DNA from: a virus
Lineage: Duplodnaviria; Caudoviricetes
DNA: 32,521 nucleotides
IMG/VR virus record: IMGVR_UViG_3300033513_000038
Location: 1 to 32,521 of that record
Direction: 5' to 3' (one strand)
In this document: piece after piece, positions 15,499-24,461 of the stretch
Numbering within the stretch: position 1 is the stretch's first letter
Layout: each line of letters starts with the position of its first letter
The notes under the pieces: model-generated
The model's database searches: none
What the model saw: only the letters and a program-made list of their open reading frames with translations
Told to the model about the DNA's origin: nothing
Translations under genes and position numbers: made by a program

Positions 15499-15640
15499 CA
15501 CCTACCGCGTCCAGGACACGATTTATTGTCGCAAGTGCGGCAAGTGTTGGGATGTTGGCGATACGCCGCCTGACAGGTGTGAGAGTGCGGCGCGTGTGAA
15601 GTATTTGACCGCTTTGCGGAGAATGGGGATGAGGGGATGA
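15491..15640 (+). CDS. Possible 49-aa Zn-ribbon protein
   Basis: GTG start, CRKCGKCWD; stop overlaps the next ATG. Confidence 0.5.
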   Translation: MHNTYRVQDTIYCRKCGKCWDVGDTPPDRCESAARVKYLTALRRMGMRG

Positions 15641-16140
15641 GTATGGAGATGCGAGCGCGAGAATACGCCACACGTTGCCACGATGCTGTCTGGCAGAAAC
15701 GAAAATACACTGGCGAGCCGTACATAAACCATCCGGCAGCGGTGGTCGAATTGGTGCGTAGCGTTCCTCATACCGAAGCGATGCTGTGCGCAGCGTGGCT
15801 GCATGATGCAGTTGAAGATACACACGCGACATTGTGGGCTATTGAAAAAATGTTCACACCTGAGATTGCGTCACTGGTTGAAATGCTGACGGACGTTAGT
15901 AGACCGTCAGATGGAAATCGCGCTGCTCGCAAGGCGCGTGACAGATTTCACACATCGGTGGCATCGCCTGCTGCGAAAACTATCAAACTGGCCGACTTGA
16001 TTGACAACACGAAAAGCATTACCGCGCATGATCAGACATTCGCAAAAGTGTATCTTGCTGAGAAGGCATTGTTACTTGAAGTTTTGCAAGAAGGTGACGC
16101 GACGTTATTGCGGATTGCTCACGGGATGCTCCAAAAATGA
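15637..16140 (+). CDS. HD-domain SpoT/Mesh1-like small alarmone hydrolase
   Basis: H..QKRKYTGEPYINHP..V..AAWLHDAVEDT..V..LTD..IKLADLIDN. Confidence 0.9.
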   Translation: MSMEMRAREYATRCHDAVWQKRKYTGEPYINHPAAVVELVRSVPHTEAMLCAAWLHDAVEDTHATLWAIEKMFTPEIASLVEMLTDVSRPSDGNRAARKARDRFHTSVASPAAKTIKLADLIDNTKSITAHDQTFAKVYLAEKALLLEVLQEGDATLLRIAHGMLQK

Positions 16141-18224
16141 GCCGCCTCATCTGTGAGAATTGTGAAATGGGTTACGCCCCCACGCTACCGTCATGCCCGT
16201 GGTGCGGATGTAGCGCTACGCTCGCCCACACGACGCATACGACCAGCGTGGCGGATACAGAAGTGGTGCACGACTACTGGCTTTGCCAATTTGATACCGG
16301 CGAAGTGTATCAACTCGCACCGGATCATCCGCTGGACATCGCGGGCCTACGTCGAACACTGTCGCAACACACCATCATCACGTTCAACGGCAATAACTAC
16401 GACATGCCGATGATCGCATTCGCGCTTGCCGGTGCAGACAACGCCACGCTGAAATACATGAGCGATCAACTCATCGTGCATCAAGTGAAGCATTGGGACT
16501 TACTTCGCCAGCACAACGTACAGCCGCTCGACTGGTGCGACACCATCGACATGATCGAAGTTGCGCCTGGGCAGGCCAGCCTCAAAATGTACATGGCGAA
16601 GCAACATGCGCCGAAGCTGCAAGATTTACCGTTCGATCCTGACGCGCGGTTCCAGTGGCATGATCGCGTGCAGTGCCGCACGTATTGCGCGAATGACCTC
16701 GCCGGTACGCGCGAACTATTTAACACGTTCCAATCGCAACTCAAACTCCGCGAAGAGATGTCCGCCGAGTACGGCATCGACCTCCGCAGCAAATCCGACG
16801 CACAGATCGCCGAGGCGGTGATGAAATCGTTGCTGCCGTTCAAAGTGGAACGCCCGCACATTCCGGCAGGCACGCAGTTCTATTACCGTCCGCCGGAGTG
16901 GTTGAGGTTTCAGACCGTGCAGATGCGTAACGTGCTGGAACGCATCGCGTCTGCGCCATTTGCAGTAACGTATTCTGGAGGTGTCGCGCCAGCGTACGAC
17001 AATCACCTGATGGATTGGGCCGACACTGCCGAACGTCTTGACGCTCACGGTTCATGGGCGAAACGTCCGAAAGAGTGGGCACACGAACTGGTCAGAATCG
17101 GGGAGATGGATTACGCGATGGGCACTGGCGGGCTACACAGCACGGAGTCGCGCGTCGTGTATCGCGCCGACGCAACGCACTCACTCAGGATGCCGGACGT
17201 TGCCAGCTACTACCCGAGCCTGATCGTTCGCCTCGGAATTTACCCGAAACAAATCGGCCCCGCATTTCAGCAGCACTATTCCGGCTGGAAGGCTACCCGC
17301 ATCGAAGCCAAGCGCATTGGCGACAAGAAAAAAGCCAACTCACTTAAGACCTTGCTGAACGGGGTAGGGGGGAAGCTCAGTTCGATGTGGTCGATCATGT
17401 TCGCTCCATCCGAGTTTATTCAGATGACGCTCACCGGGCAGTTGTCACTTCTCATGCTGATCGAAATGCTGCATTTGTGCGGCGTTAAAACTGTCAGTGC
17501 CAACACCGACGGTATCGTTATTTATACTGACCGCTCGAACGACGCACTTGCCGACAACATCATAAGGTGGTGGGAGTCTATCACACAGTTCGAGATGGAG
17601 ATGTCAGACTACTCTCTGCTCGCGTGCCGGGATGTGAATTCATACGTTGGCATCACGGCCGACGGTGGCGTCAAACTCAAAGGCGCATACGCCCCTCCCG
17701 AGCCAGGCGCGTCCGGCTGGCCCAATCCCACCGGGCAAGTGTGCGTCGATGCGGTCGTGGCGTATCTAGCCCACGGCACGCCCCTGCGCGACACTGTGTA
17801 TGCTTGCAATGACGTGCGCCAATTCGTCTATGTGCGGCAAGTGAAAGGCGGTGGATCATATCTGCCGACTGCCGCATTGCCCAAATCGACCACGTTGCGC
17901 GAGATGCGCGAGGTGTTGCAGGCTGGCGGTGTGCCGCTCGGTATCGGCATAAGGAACGACACGCTGCGGGAGATATATGCTGAGCACCGGGAGCGTGTCA
18001 TGCAGGGGGCGGAATACTTGGGCAAGGCGGTGCGTTGGTACATGGCCTGTGGGGCGACTGGCTGCATCCTTACGCCCGCTGGTGGACTTGTGGCACGCAC
18101 CGAAGGGTGTCGCCCGCTAATGGAACTGCCAGACACGCTACCGGACGACCTCGACCGAGAGTGGTACGTCACAGAGGCGCGGTCATTGCTGGCAGATTTA
18201 GGGCTTGACACATCGGCAATATAG
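16137..18224 (+). CDS. Family B DNA polymerase with 3'-5' exonuclease
   Basis: Exo motifs DTE, FNGNNYD, YCAND; Pol motifs DVASYYPS, KTLLNGVGGK, SANTDG, NSY, KLKG. Confidence 0.93.
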   Translation: MSRLICENCEMGYAPTLPSCPWCGCSATLAHTTHTTSVADTEVVHDYWLCQFDTGEVYQLAPDHPLDIAGLRRTLSQHTIITFNGNNYDMPMIAFALAGADNATLKYMSDQLIVHQVKHWDLLRQHNVQPLDWCDTIDMIEVAPGQASLKMYMAKQHAPKLQDLPFDPDARFQWHDRVQCRTYCANDLAGTRELFNTFQSQLKLREEMSAEYGIDLRSKSDAQIAEAVMKSLLPFKVERPHIPAGTQFYYRPPEWLRFQTVQMRNVLERIASAPFAVTYSGGVAPAYDNHLMDWADTAERLDAHGSWAKRPKEWAHELVRIGEMDYAMGTGGLHSTESRVVYRADATHSLRMPDVASYYPSLIVRLGIYPKQIGPAFQQHYSGWKATRIEAKRIGDKKKANSLKTLLNGVGGKLSSMWSIMFAPSEFIQMTLTGQLSLLMLIEMLHLCGVKTVSANTDGIVIYTDRSNDALADNIIRWWESITQFEMEMSDYSLLACRDVNSYVGITADGGVKLKGAYAPPEPGASGWPNPTGQVCVDAVVAYLAHGTPLRDTVYACNDVRQFVYVRQVKGGGSYLPTAALPKSTTLREMREVLQAGGVPLGIGIRNDTLREIYAEHRERVMQGAEYLGKAVRWYMACGATGCILTPAGGLVARTEGCRPLMELPDTLPDDLDREWYVTEARSLLADLGLDTSAI

Positions 18225-18236
18225 GAACAATATGCC
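18205..18236 (+). promoter_or_regulatory. Sigma70-like promoter with operator GGAACAATATGCC (18224-18236)
   Basis: TTGACA-17-CAATAT; same layout as the promoter at 13201. Confidence 0.6.
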
Positions 18237-18277
18237 GGACATGCAGCGACGTGCTGCGATGACTGAGGGGGTGTGAA

Positions 18278-18469
18278 ATGTGCTATGTTGACCCGTTTGA
18301 CCCAGCAAACCAAGTCCGTTTCTACCGGCAAGACCCGACCGGGCGCACCGTGCCGCTCAGTGTCGAGGATGACCCCACACCACTGTTCGACCGCATCGTG
18401 ATCGGCATCTGTCTCGTCGTCCTGGCAGTGTGGGTGATGGCGCATGACTGGTTCGGGGTGTTCCAATGA
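18278..18469 (+). CDS. Small membrane protein
   Basis: GAGGGGG RBS; C-terminal TM segment. Confidence 0.7.
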   Translation: MCYVDPFDPANQVRFYRQDPTGRTVPLSVEDDPTPLFDRIVIGICLVVLAVWVMAHDWFGVFQ

Positions 18470-18723
18470 ACGAGTCGGCGCGCGTTGCTGCGATGCTGGC
18501 GATATGCCTCGCATTTATCGTTGGTTGGGCAAGCGGCGGATATGCACGTGGAACGATTCAGGAGCAGTTCGTCGAGTTGTCGCCGCAACAGCGCGCGGAT
18601 TTCATCTATGGAATGTCCACGCCGGAGATTCGCCGCGCGATCGCAGAGGATTGGTGCGCGACTAGCAGCAAGACTCAGCGTGTGTGCCGCAATGCGCCGA
18701 TTTATGCGAGGGGCGAGAAATGA
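18466..18723 (+). CDS. Small signal-peptide/TM protein
   Basis: N-terminal hydrophobic segment; ATGA overlaps at both ends. Confidence 0.7.
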   Translation: MNESARVAAMLAICLAFIVGWASGGYARGTIQEQFVELSPQQRADFIYGMSTPEIRRAIAEDWCATSSKTQRVCRNAPIYARGEK

Positions 18724-19250
18724 ACGAAGAGAAGGCTAACGGATATTTCGGAACAGTTTATTGTATGAAGGCAACGCGAGCAATCCGTGAGTGCGATTTT
18801 GAAATGGGAGCGCAGGATATTCTTGCGAAATATGTAGATTATGCCATCGCCCAAGAGCGCATCGAATCCCAAAAGCGAGAGGCGGAGTTGCGGAGTAAGT
18901 TTGAAGAACAAGCGAGCATCTTCAATGCTGTGCTGAATCCTCGCGGAAATAACCTAGACGGATTCGCAGCAAAACTCTCCGCCGCGAAGCAAGAAGGCTA
19001 CGAGCAGGGCTATGCAAAAGGCTCCGCTGTTGCTGTTGAGGCAGAAATGATTGCAGAGCAACGTGGGCGCGATGAAGTGCTGCGGGGGTTGAGCGAGCAG
19101 GAGCCTGTTGCATTTGTGAGTGAGCAATACACTCTGGAAGGACACAAACGCATGGAAGCGATGCTACCCGATACCATTACAGAAGGTACACCTCTCATCA
19201 TCCGCCCATCCGCCCAAATCGCCGCCGCCAAGGGAGATAAGCATGAGTGA
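18720..19250 (+). CDS. Hypothetical protein
   Basis: Coupled start; QEPVA motif common in phage accessory proteins. Confidence 0.7.
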   Translation: MNEEKANGYFGTVYCMKATRAIRECDFEMGAQDILAKYVDYAIAQERIESQKREAELRSKFEEQASIFNAVLNPRGNNLDGFAAKLSAAKQEGYEQGYAKGSAVAVEAEMIAEQRGRDEVLRGLSEQEPVAFVSEQYTLEGHKRMEAMLPDTITEGTPLIIRPSAQIAAAKGDKHE

Positions 19251-19629
19251 TCTATCGGGAACATGTGCGCATGGGGTAAGCAGAGCAAAACCGTGCGGTG
19301 AGTGCATGGGCGAAGGATTCCAGAAGCTAATAGACGCAATGAACGACCCCGCAACTCACGGAGGTGTTCGCGGTGGATATGCTCAACTGTTCGACAAAAT
19401 AATCAGACTCGAATCCGAGAACGAATCGCTCAAGCGTGAGCGGGCGATGCTGGTTGATCTGCGTTACGAACTTATGGGAATTGCGGCAGATGTTGATTCT
19501 GGTAATGGCTTCGATGTTGTTTGTCGCAAGACATTGCAGCGTGTCATTGACAATCTTTCCGCCACCGAGCCACAGGCTACGCAAGCATCACCAGAATCCG
19601 GCATCGACCAACTGACTCGACTTACTTAA
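19243..19629 (+). CDS. Hypothetical protein (CAHG..CGEC plus coiled coil)
   Basis: AAGGGAG RBS; last rightward gene, its stop overlaps the spanin stop convergently. Confidence 0.7.
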   Translation: MSDLSGTCAHGVSRAKPCGECMGEGFQKLIDAMNDPATHGGVRGGYAQLFDKIIRLESENESLKRERAMLVDLRYELMGIAADVDSGNGFDVVCRKTLQRVIDNLSATEPQATQASPESGIDQLTRLT

Positions 19630-20074
19630 CCACCTCGCACGTGGCAGGATTGGCACGACACAATTCCTGCCACGCCTCGACCGTCAGCGCGTCTTGTCCG
19701 CATCGGAGCGCGAAGCTCTCAATGCCGCCGCCAGTTCCGTGTTCGCCGCCGGTAGCATCAGTGACGCAGGCACCTGCATTTTGACCACCACCGGAGCCTG
19801 ACACCGGAGTGCCATCGGGCAGCAGGCCGTGAGACTTAAGCCAAGCATAAATAGCGGTGCGGCCAGCTTTAGATTTCGCATGTTCAATATCCTTTCGATG
19901 TTGTTCTTCAACGGCATGTCTTGCAGCATCGCTTTGCTGTTTTGCCTGATCCGCAATGGTGCGCAGACGCTCGCGCTCCAAATCCCATTTGTGTTGAACG
20001 TGTGATGCTCCGAGCAGCCACATGCCAAGCGACAACACTACGAGCGCGGCGAGTGCTGCGGCTACGCGGTTCAT
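19622..20074 (-). CDS. Rz: i-spanin
   Basis: N-terminal TM, coiled coil, last gene of the lysis cassette, contains a nested lipoprotein gene. Confidence 0.85.
   Translation of the reverse strand: MNRVAAALAALVVLSLGMWLLGASHVQHKWDLERERLRTIADQAKQQSDAARHAVEEQHRKDIEHAKSKAGRTAIYAWLKSHGLLPDGTPVSGSGGGQNAGACVTDATGGEHGTGGGIESFALRCGQDALTVEAWQELCRANPATCEVVK
19684..19881 (-). CDS. Rz1: o-spanin lipoprotein nested in the i-spanin gene
   Basis: MRNLKLAAPLFMLGLSLTAC lipobox followed by a Pro-containing segment, in an alternative frame. Confidence 0.8.
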   Translation of the reverse strand: MRNLKLAAPLFMLGLSLTACCPMALRCQAPVVVKMQVPASLMLPAANTELAAALRASRSDADKTR

Positions 20075-20307
20075 TCTTTCCTCGCGTTCGTGTAATTGGC
20101 GAATGCGAAGCCTTGTAGCGCAGCTATCGGTGCCAGCACTGCGGCAATTACCGCAGCAGTTCCAAGGCCGTCGAGCGTGGATGCGGCGGCGTACTCCCAT
20201 GCCTTATGCACGCCATACCACGTCATGTACAGCGTGAACGACAGCACTGCTCGGCGAACAACGACGCGACGATCCACCCAGTTCCAGAATTGCTCGATCC
20301 ACATCAT
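20071..20307 (-). CDS. Holin candidate (2 TM)
   Basis: Two hydrophobic helices, between endolysin and spanin; GTG-ATG-ATG alternative starts. Confidence 0.7.
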   Translation of the reverse strand: MMWIEQFWNWVDRRVVVRRAVLSFTLYMTWYGVHKAWEYAAASTLDGLGTAAVIAAVLAPIAALQGFAFANYTNARKE

Positions 20308-20711
20308 CACGGTTTCCTCCATGCCGGGTCTTGAAAGTGCGCCGTCTCGCGCAACTTTCCAGTCCATCTCGCCGAAGCAACAAGTCCGGCCTCTTCTCCG
20401 CGGGCAATGACGATGCGCCACGATGGATGACTGCCGTCCCACATCGGCTTGCCGTGGATCATCGGGCAGCAGTCGTATGCGTGAGCGTGGTCGTTCTCAT
20501 CGGGGTTGTGTGCGGATTCTCCCGCCCTGGCATTGGTGACAATCTTTCCAGGCAGCGTCCTGCCGATTGCGTAGAGCGCGTCCTGTTCTGCGTTGTCGCG
20601 CTTGGTGCAATAGATAAGCAAATCTACGCCGTCTGCCGCACATAACTGCTTATGCACGATCGCAGCGCGTCGTGTATATTCGTCCAAATCGTCAATGCTG
20701 CGACTGCTCAT
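20307..20711 (-). CDS. Endolysin, M15 family L-Ala-D-Glu peptidase
   Basis: R...EQDALYAIGRT.PG.IVTNA.AGESAHN..AYD..E..HFQ. Confidence 0.92.
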   Translation of the reverse strand: MSSRSIDDLDEYTRRAAIVHKQLCAADGVDLLIYCTKRDNAEQDALYAIGRTLPGKIVTNARAGESAHNPDENDHAHAYDCCPMIHGKPMWDGSHPSWRIVIARGEEAGLVASARWTGKLRETAHFQDPAWRKP

Positions 20712-20712
20712 C

Positions 20713-20946
20713 TCAATCACCCTTCCGATGCCGCATCTCAAGATGCCGCTCGACCACGGTGATGCGCACCTCATGGTCATTGATGTCGTTGCGCACCTCT
20801 TCGGCCAGGACGCGCACGGTCGTCACAATCTCGTCGATCTTCTTGTGCAGCCGATTCCAGTTCCACGACACGATGGCGACAATCAGTGCGCACGTGAACC
20901 CTATGATTGCTCCGAGCGCGTTGAGCATGTAACTCACGTCAACCAT
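20713..20946 (-). CDS. Single-TM coiled-coil protein (holin/antiholin-like)
   Basis: N-terminal TM then coiled coil; directly upstream of the endolysin. Confidence 0.65.
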   Translation of the reverse strand: MVDVSYMLNALGAIIGFTCALIVAIVSWNWNRLHKKIDEIVTTVRVLAEEVRNDINDHEVRITVVERHLEMRHRKGD

Positions 20947-21370
20947 TTCCAAACCCTCCGTCGTTCAAAAACTGAATCACTTCCATCAGCGTCTCCGGGG
21001 AGCGCGTCTCCGGGTGCGGTAGCCCGATGGCACATCCGACCCACTCACTGCAAAACCACCGATGAACGTTGTGCATCCGGCGATTGATGAACTGCGATCC
21101 GAGTATGCCAAGCCAATCGTACCCAGCACCGCGCGTCGCGTCAAAGAATCCGAGCGCGTGCGACTTATCACCCCACGGAATGTCGATCACATCCCAGCGC
21201 CCGCTGGCGAGGTCGATTTCTTTGGCGCGCACGCCGCCGTCCATGAACGAGGCTGAATAGCACACGCCGTCGATCACCAATTCGCAGTGTGAGTATCGTG
21301 AGCCAGTCCACCACCGCGTCAGATAGTTGCCAGGCTTGCCGCGCCCCTTATACATCGCCAGTCGCATCAT
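20939..21370 (-). CDS. Permuted NlpC/P60 (papain-like) protein
   Basis: YSHCEL..GYDWLG..WFCSE (His before Cys). Confidence 0.8.
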   Translation of the reverse strand: MMRLAMYKGRGKPGNYLTRWWTGSRYSHCELVIDGVCYSASFMDGGVRAKEIDLASGRWDVIDIPWGDKSHALGFFDATRGAGYDWLGILGSQFINRRMHNVHRWFCSEWVGCAIGLPHPETRSPETLMEVIQFLNDGGFGNG

Positions 21371-21936
21371 AGTGCCACCAGTGCGACGATTGCCGCGTCA
21401 CGCGCCGTATGCGCGTCGCTGGGGGTTTGAGCGGCACCGACGGCGATCTTGCCCGTGCGGCGGGCCTCTTCGATGTCGGCACCCTTTTGCGCGATTGCGG
21501 CTTCTTCGGCGAGTATCCCGTCACACGCAGTTTGACACTGCGCCGCAGTCGGCGACGCGCCGTGTATGGCTCGCGATTCGGCGCGCACCCACGGGTAGTC
21601 TGTCAGGGTTGCGAACGGATACCCAGCTAGTTTGTACGCCGCAGCATCGGCAGCTTTTTTCAGGTATGTCGCGTCCTGCCCTGGGGCGTCGGTGATGTAC
21701 TTCTTGCGCGTAACGCCGGCTTGAGCGTCGATTGCGGCGCACGCGGCGGCGCGGACGGTAGCGATGGGTGCTGGCACGTAACTGGCGGCTGCGAGGGCTA
21801 CAAAATCGTCGGCAGATCGTCCCGTGTCGGCGACATATTGCGCCTCTTGACCGACAGCGTATGTCACTTCCGCGCCGTTGTCGCGCGTGACAGATATAGT
21901 TCCGGCAGCGGAATCAAATCGGATTGACGTTATCAT
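21367..21936 (-). CDS. Tail fibre assembly-like protein
   Basis: IDAQAG..R.KYIT..PGQ..TY..K motif; follows the fibre gene. Confidence 0.65.
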   Translation of the reverse strand: MITSIRFDSAAGTISVTRDNGAEVTYAVGQEAQYVADTGRSADDFVALAAASYVPAPIATVRAAACAAIDAQAGVTRKKYITDAPGQDATYLKKAADAAAYKLAGYPFATLTDYPWVRAESRAIHGASPTAAQCQTACDGILAEEAAIAQKGADIEEARRTGKIAVGAAQTPSDAHTARDAAIVALVAL

Positions 21937-23004
21937 TTATATCACCTGATAAACAAACGCGAACGCAACTGCGGTATTGCCAGCATCTGCCGCAGGAGTG
22001 AACTGAAATGTGGCCCGATAATTTGTCGTGTCTGCAATGATTCGACCTTCATACGTGTTGTCGCTTTGAAAAGTTCCCGTCAGTTCGGCGGCAGATGCGA
22101 AATTCGACGCTATCGGAATGCTCACACCCAATACTGTTGCGACCCCCGCGGATGTTGGGTCAATCAGCAATACCCCTGTGACAGTGACGACGTTTCCGAC
22201 GCGAACGTATCGAGATTCAAATGCAGTGGACGCGGCCACATTTGTTGTATTAAACAGCGTCGGGGTATACGTGCCGTCAAATGTTGGGACTATCGCCGGA
22301 ACGTAATTCTTGATCCGACACGTTGTGGCAGTAAGCATCTCCACGTCGAACGTGGCACCCGCGGCGGTTGTGATGCTCGCGCCACCCTGTGTCACGATGA
22401 GATTGGTCGCATGATGAGTTATCTGCCCCGCGCCGAGCGCGCGCACGTGGTACGTCACCCCGGCAACGCCGTTGAATGCCGTGACGGTCGTTGCGGTATC
22501 ACTCAGCGTGCCATTGAGCGACGTGCCGAGGGTCGTGGTTGCGGCGCGAGTCCATGCCGTTACGGCCTGATCGACTTGCACAGCGTCGCCAGCAACGACG
22601 CCCATCGCGCGGAACGACGTTTGCGATATCACCCACGACGCGATAGTCCCGCTGCCGGCAGTTTGCAGCCCGTTGACAACTAGCGCCCCCGTGCCAGTTG
22701 TGTAACTGGTGACTTGGGCCAGAATCCAGTTCGTCGTAGGAGCGGCCGAGTCGGCGAACATCAGGAACATGCCTGGTTGGAACGACTTGCCGGTCGATAC
22801 GGTAAACGTCTTTGCGCCTGTTCCGATCAGAACACTCGATACGCTTGTATCGGTTGTGCTGTTCAGGTTCATTGCAACGGCAACAGCATTTGCCTCCGAT
22901 ACGAACGTGGGAAGGTGATTGAGGAACGCTTCGACGGCAGGATCGAATACGTCCTGCGATTGGTCGCGCGATGGCGTCGGTGTTGGAAAAGCTTGGATCG
23001 TCAT
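21937..23004 (-). CDS. Tail fibre / receptor-binding protein
   Basis: PTPSR..F N-terminal anchor; Thr/Gly-rich body; C-terminal GTYTPT..YVRVGNVVTV domain. Confidence 0.75.
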   Translation of the reverse strand: MTIQAFPTPTPSRDQSQDVFDPAVEAFLNHLPTFVSEANAVAVAMNLNSTTDTSVSSVLIGTGAKTFTVSTGKSFQPGMFLMFADSAAPTTNWILAQVTSYTTGTGALVVNGLQTAGSGTIASWVISQTSFRAMGVVAGDAVQVDQAVTAWTRAATTTLGTSLNGTLSDTATTVTAFNGVAGVTYHVRALGAGQITHHATNLIVTQGGASITTAAGATFDVEMLTATTCRIKNYVPAIVPTFDGTYTPTLFNTTNVAASTAFESRYVRVGNVVTVTGVLLIDPTSAGVATVLGVSIPIASNFASAAELTGTFQSDNTYEGRIIADTTNYRATFQFTPAADAGNTAVAFAFVYQVI

Positions 23005-24461
23005 GTCAGTCCCTCGATGGAAAGATTGCACATCGAATACGTGTCGTAAGTGATCGTCACGTCAAACGAGTTAAAAATGCCGTAAATTATTGTATTACTG
23101 TACGCCGTTCCTCCAACGTACACAACCGGCTCCGCGCGGTACTTGGACAATTCCTGTATAGCCGCATCGACTGCAACGCGGTCAATCATCACCGAGAAAT
23201 CACCCGTCTTTGCGAACGTGCGCTCCACGAACGTCCAGTTCCCGAAGTCGTCCTTCTGTTTTACGCTGTAGTCAGCAATGCCGAGCCTGGCCCCCATGAG
23301 TGTCGTGCCGATCGTTTTCGATAGCCCGACGACAACCGCCCCGACTCGCACCGTCTCATTGGGGCGGTTCAACGTGATTGTGATTTCCAAATTGTTGTAC
23401 GGCGGAAAGTCAATGTCAACGAAGTCGCTGACGAACGAAATCGGTTCGAAGAACCACGACCAATAGGACGACGACGACACGGTTGAGCGCAATGGATACG
23501 TCGTCGGCCCGTACACTACCGCCCCACCATGTTCCTCGCGTGCAGTGATGATGACCTCAGACGCAGATACGTTGCCGAGATACACGCTGTCGAAACGTCC
23601 CTTGGTCTGGATCACGTAAGTCATCGTGTCGGTCGCCTCGCTTTGCGATGTGAGCGATCCATCGAAGCACCGCCAGCGATTCGTAGCCCCCAGGTCGAGC
23701 CACGTGGCCGTAACTGCATCGCCGAGATACGCGGCTGTCAGTTTGTGCGGTGGAGTGTTGCCAGATGTCGTCGTCACGGCCTTCAAGCACTCGTAGTCTT
23801 TGTGGCTGTCGATCACGACATAATGCGTACCGGATTGCGTGCCAGACGTTTTGACAGGTGGGCCGCCTTTGGTCAGCGATACCATGAACGTGTTGTCTGT
23901 CGCCCGGACGACGTAGTAACGTGTCTCGACCGTTAGTCCAGTGTATAGCGCCCCAGACGTAATCAGACGCAGCGTTTGCCCATCCGACCAGCCGTGTGCC
24001 GTCCATGTGAATACCGACGGCAAGCCCGTAGTCGTGGATAGCGTCATCGTTACGGACGACGCCAGCGATTCACCGATGATGGTGGCATATGTCGGTGATA
24101 CGGGCGTTCCAGTGAGATTGATTGCTGCACCGCCGGCGGTTAGGGATGCCTGGAACGTGTTTGCAGCCGCACCAACGATGAAATACGGGAAATCAGCAAC
24201 GATACCTGTCGGCAGTGTACCGGCAGCGACGTGGAATGTCACCATGTCACCATTGACACCCCCATGCGCCGTCCAAGCAACCGTGTCGGCGGTCGTGTCA
24301 AATGTGACTGCCTCGGTGCGATTCGACACGGTACGAGTGTCGCCAACGGCATATGCCGTAGCGTTATCCCATGGCGCGTACTCGCTGTCGTCAACCGTAC
24401 TCGACACCAGCGCGACATCGGTGATCTTGAACGGTCGAACGATTTTGAACAGATTGCTCAT
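23001..24461 (-). CDS. Tail tip (distal tail-like) virion protein with two internal beta repeats
   Basis: WLDLGATNRW..FD and GIADYSVK..DDFGN motifs; position after the tape measure gene. Confidence 0.75.
   Translation of the reverse strand: MSNLFKIVRPFKITDVALVSSTVDDSEYAPWDNATAYAVGDTRTVSNRTEAVTFDTTADTVAWTAHGGVNGDMVTFHVAAGTLPTGIVADFPYFIVGAAANTFQASLTAGGAAINLTGTPVSPTYATIIGESLASSVTMTLSTTTGLPSVFTWTAHGWSDGQTLRLITSGALYTGLTVETRYYVVRATDNTFMVSLTKGGPPVKTSGTQSGTHYVVIDSHKDYECLKAVTTTSGNTPPHKLTAAYLGDAVTATWLDLGATNRWRCFDGSLTSQSEATDTMTYVIQTKGRFDSVYLGNVSASEVIITAREEHGGAVVYGPTTYPLRSTVSSSSYWSWFFEPISFVSDFVDIDFPPYNNLEITITLNRPNETVRVGAVVVGLSKTIGTTLMGARLGIADYSVKQKDDFGNWTFVERTFAKTGDFSVMIDRVAVDAAIQELSKYRAEPVVYVGGTAYSNTIIYGIFNSFDVTITYDTYSMCNLSIEGLT

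Noticed and set aside
15637-18224. Z-genome (DatZ/PurZ/DpoZ) system suggested by an HD hydrolase next to a polymerase
   Set aside because: The HD protein has SpoT/Mesh1 motifs, the polymerase is family B, and no PurZ-like gene is in the window
21937-23004. Diversity-generating retroelement acting on the tail fibre
   Set aside because: No reverse transcriptase and no template/variable repeat pair seen
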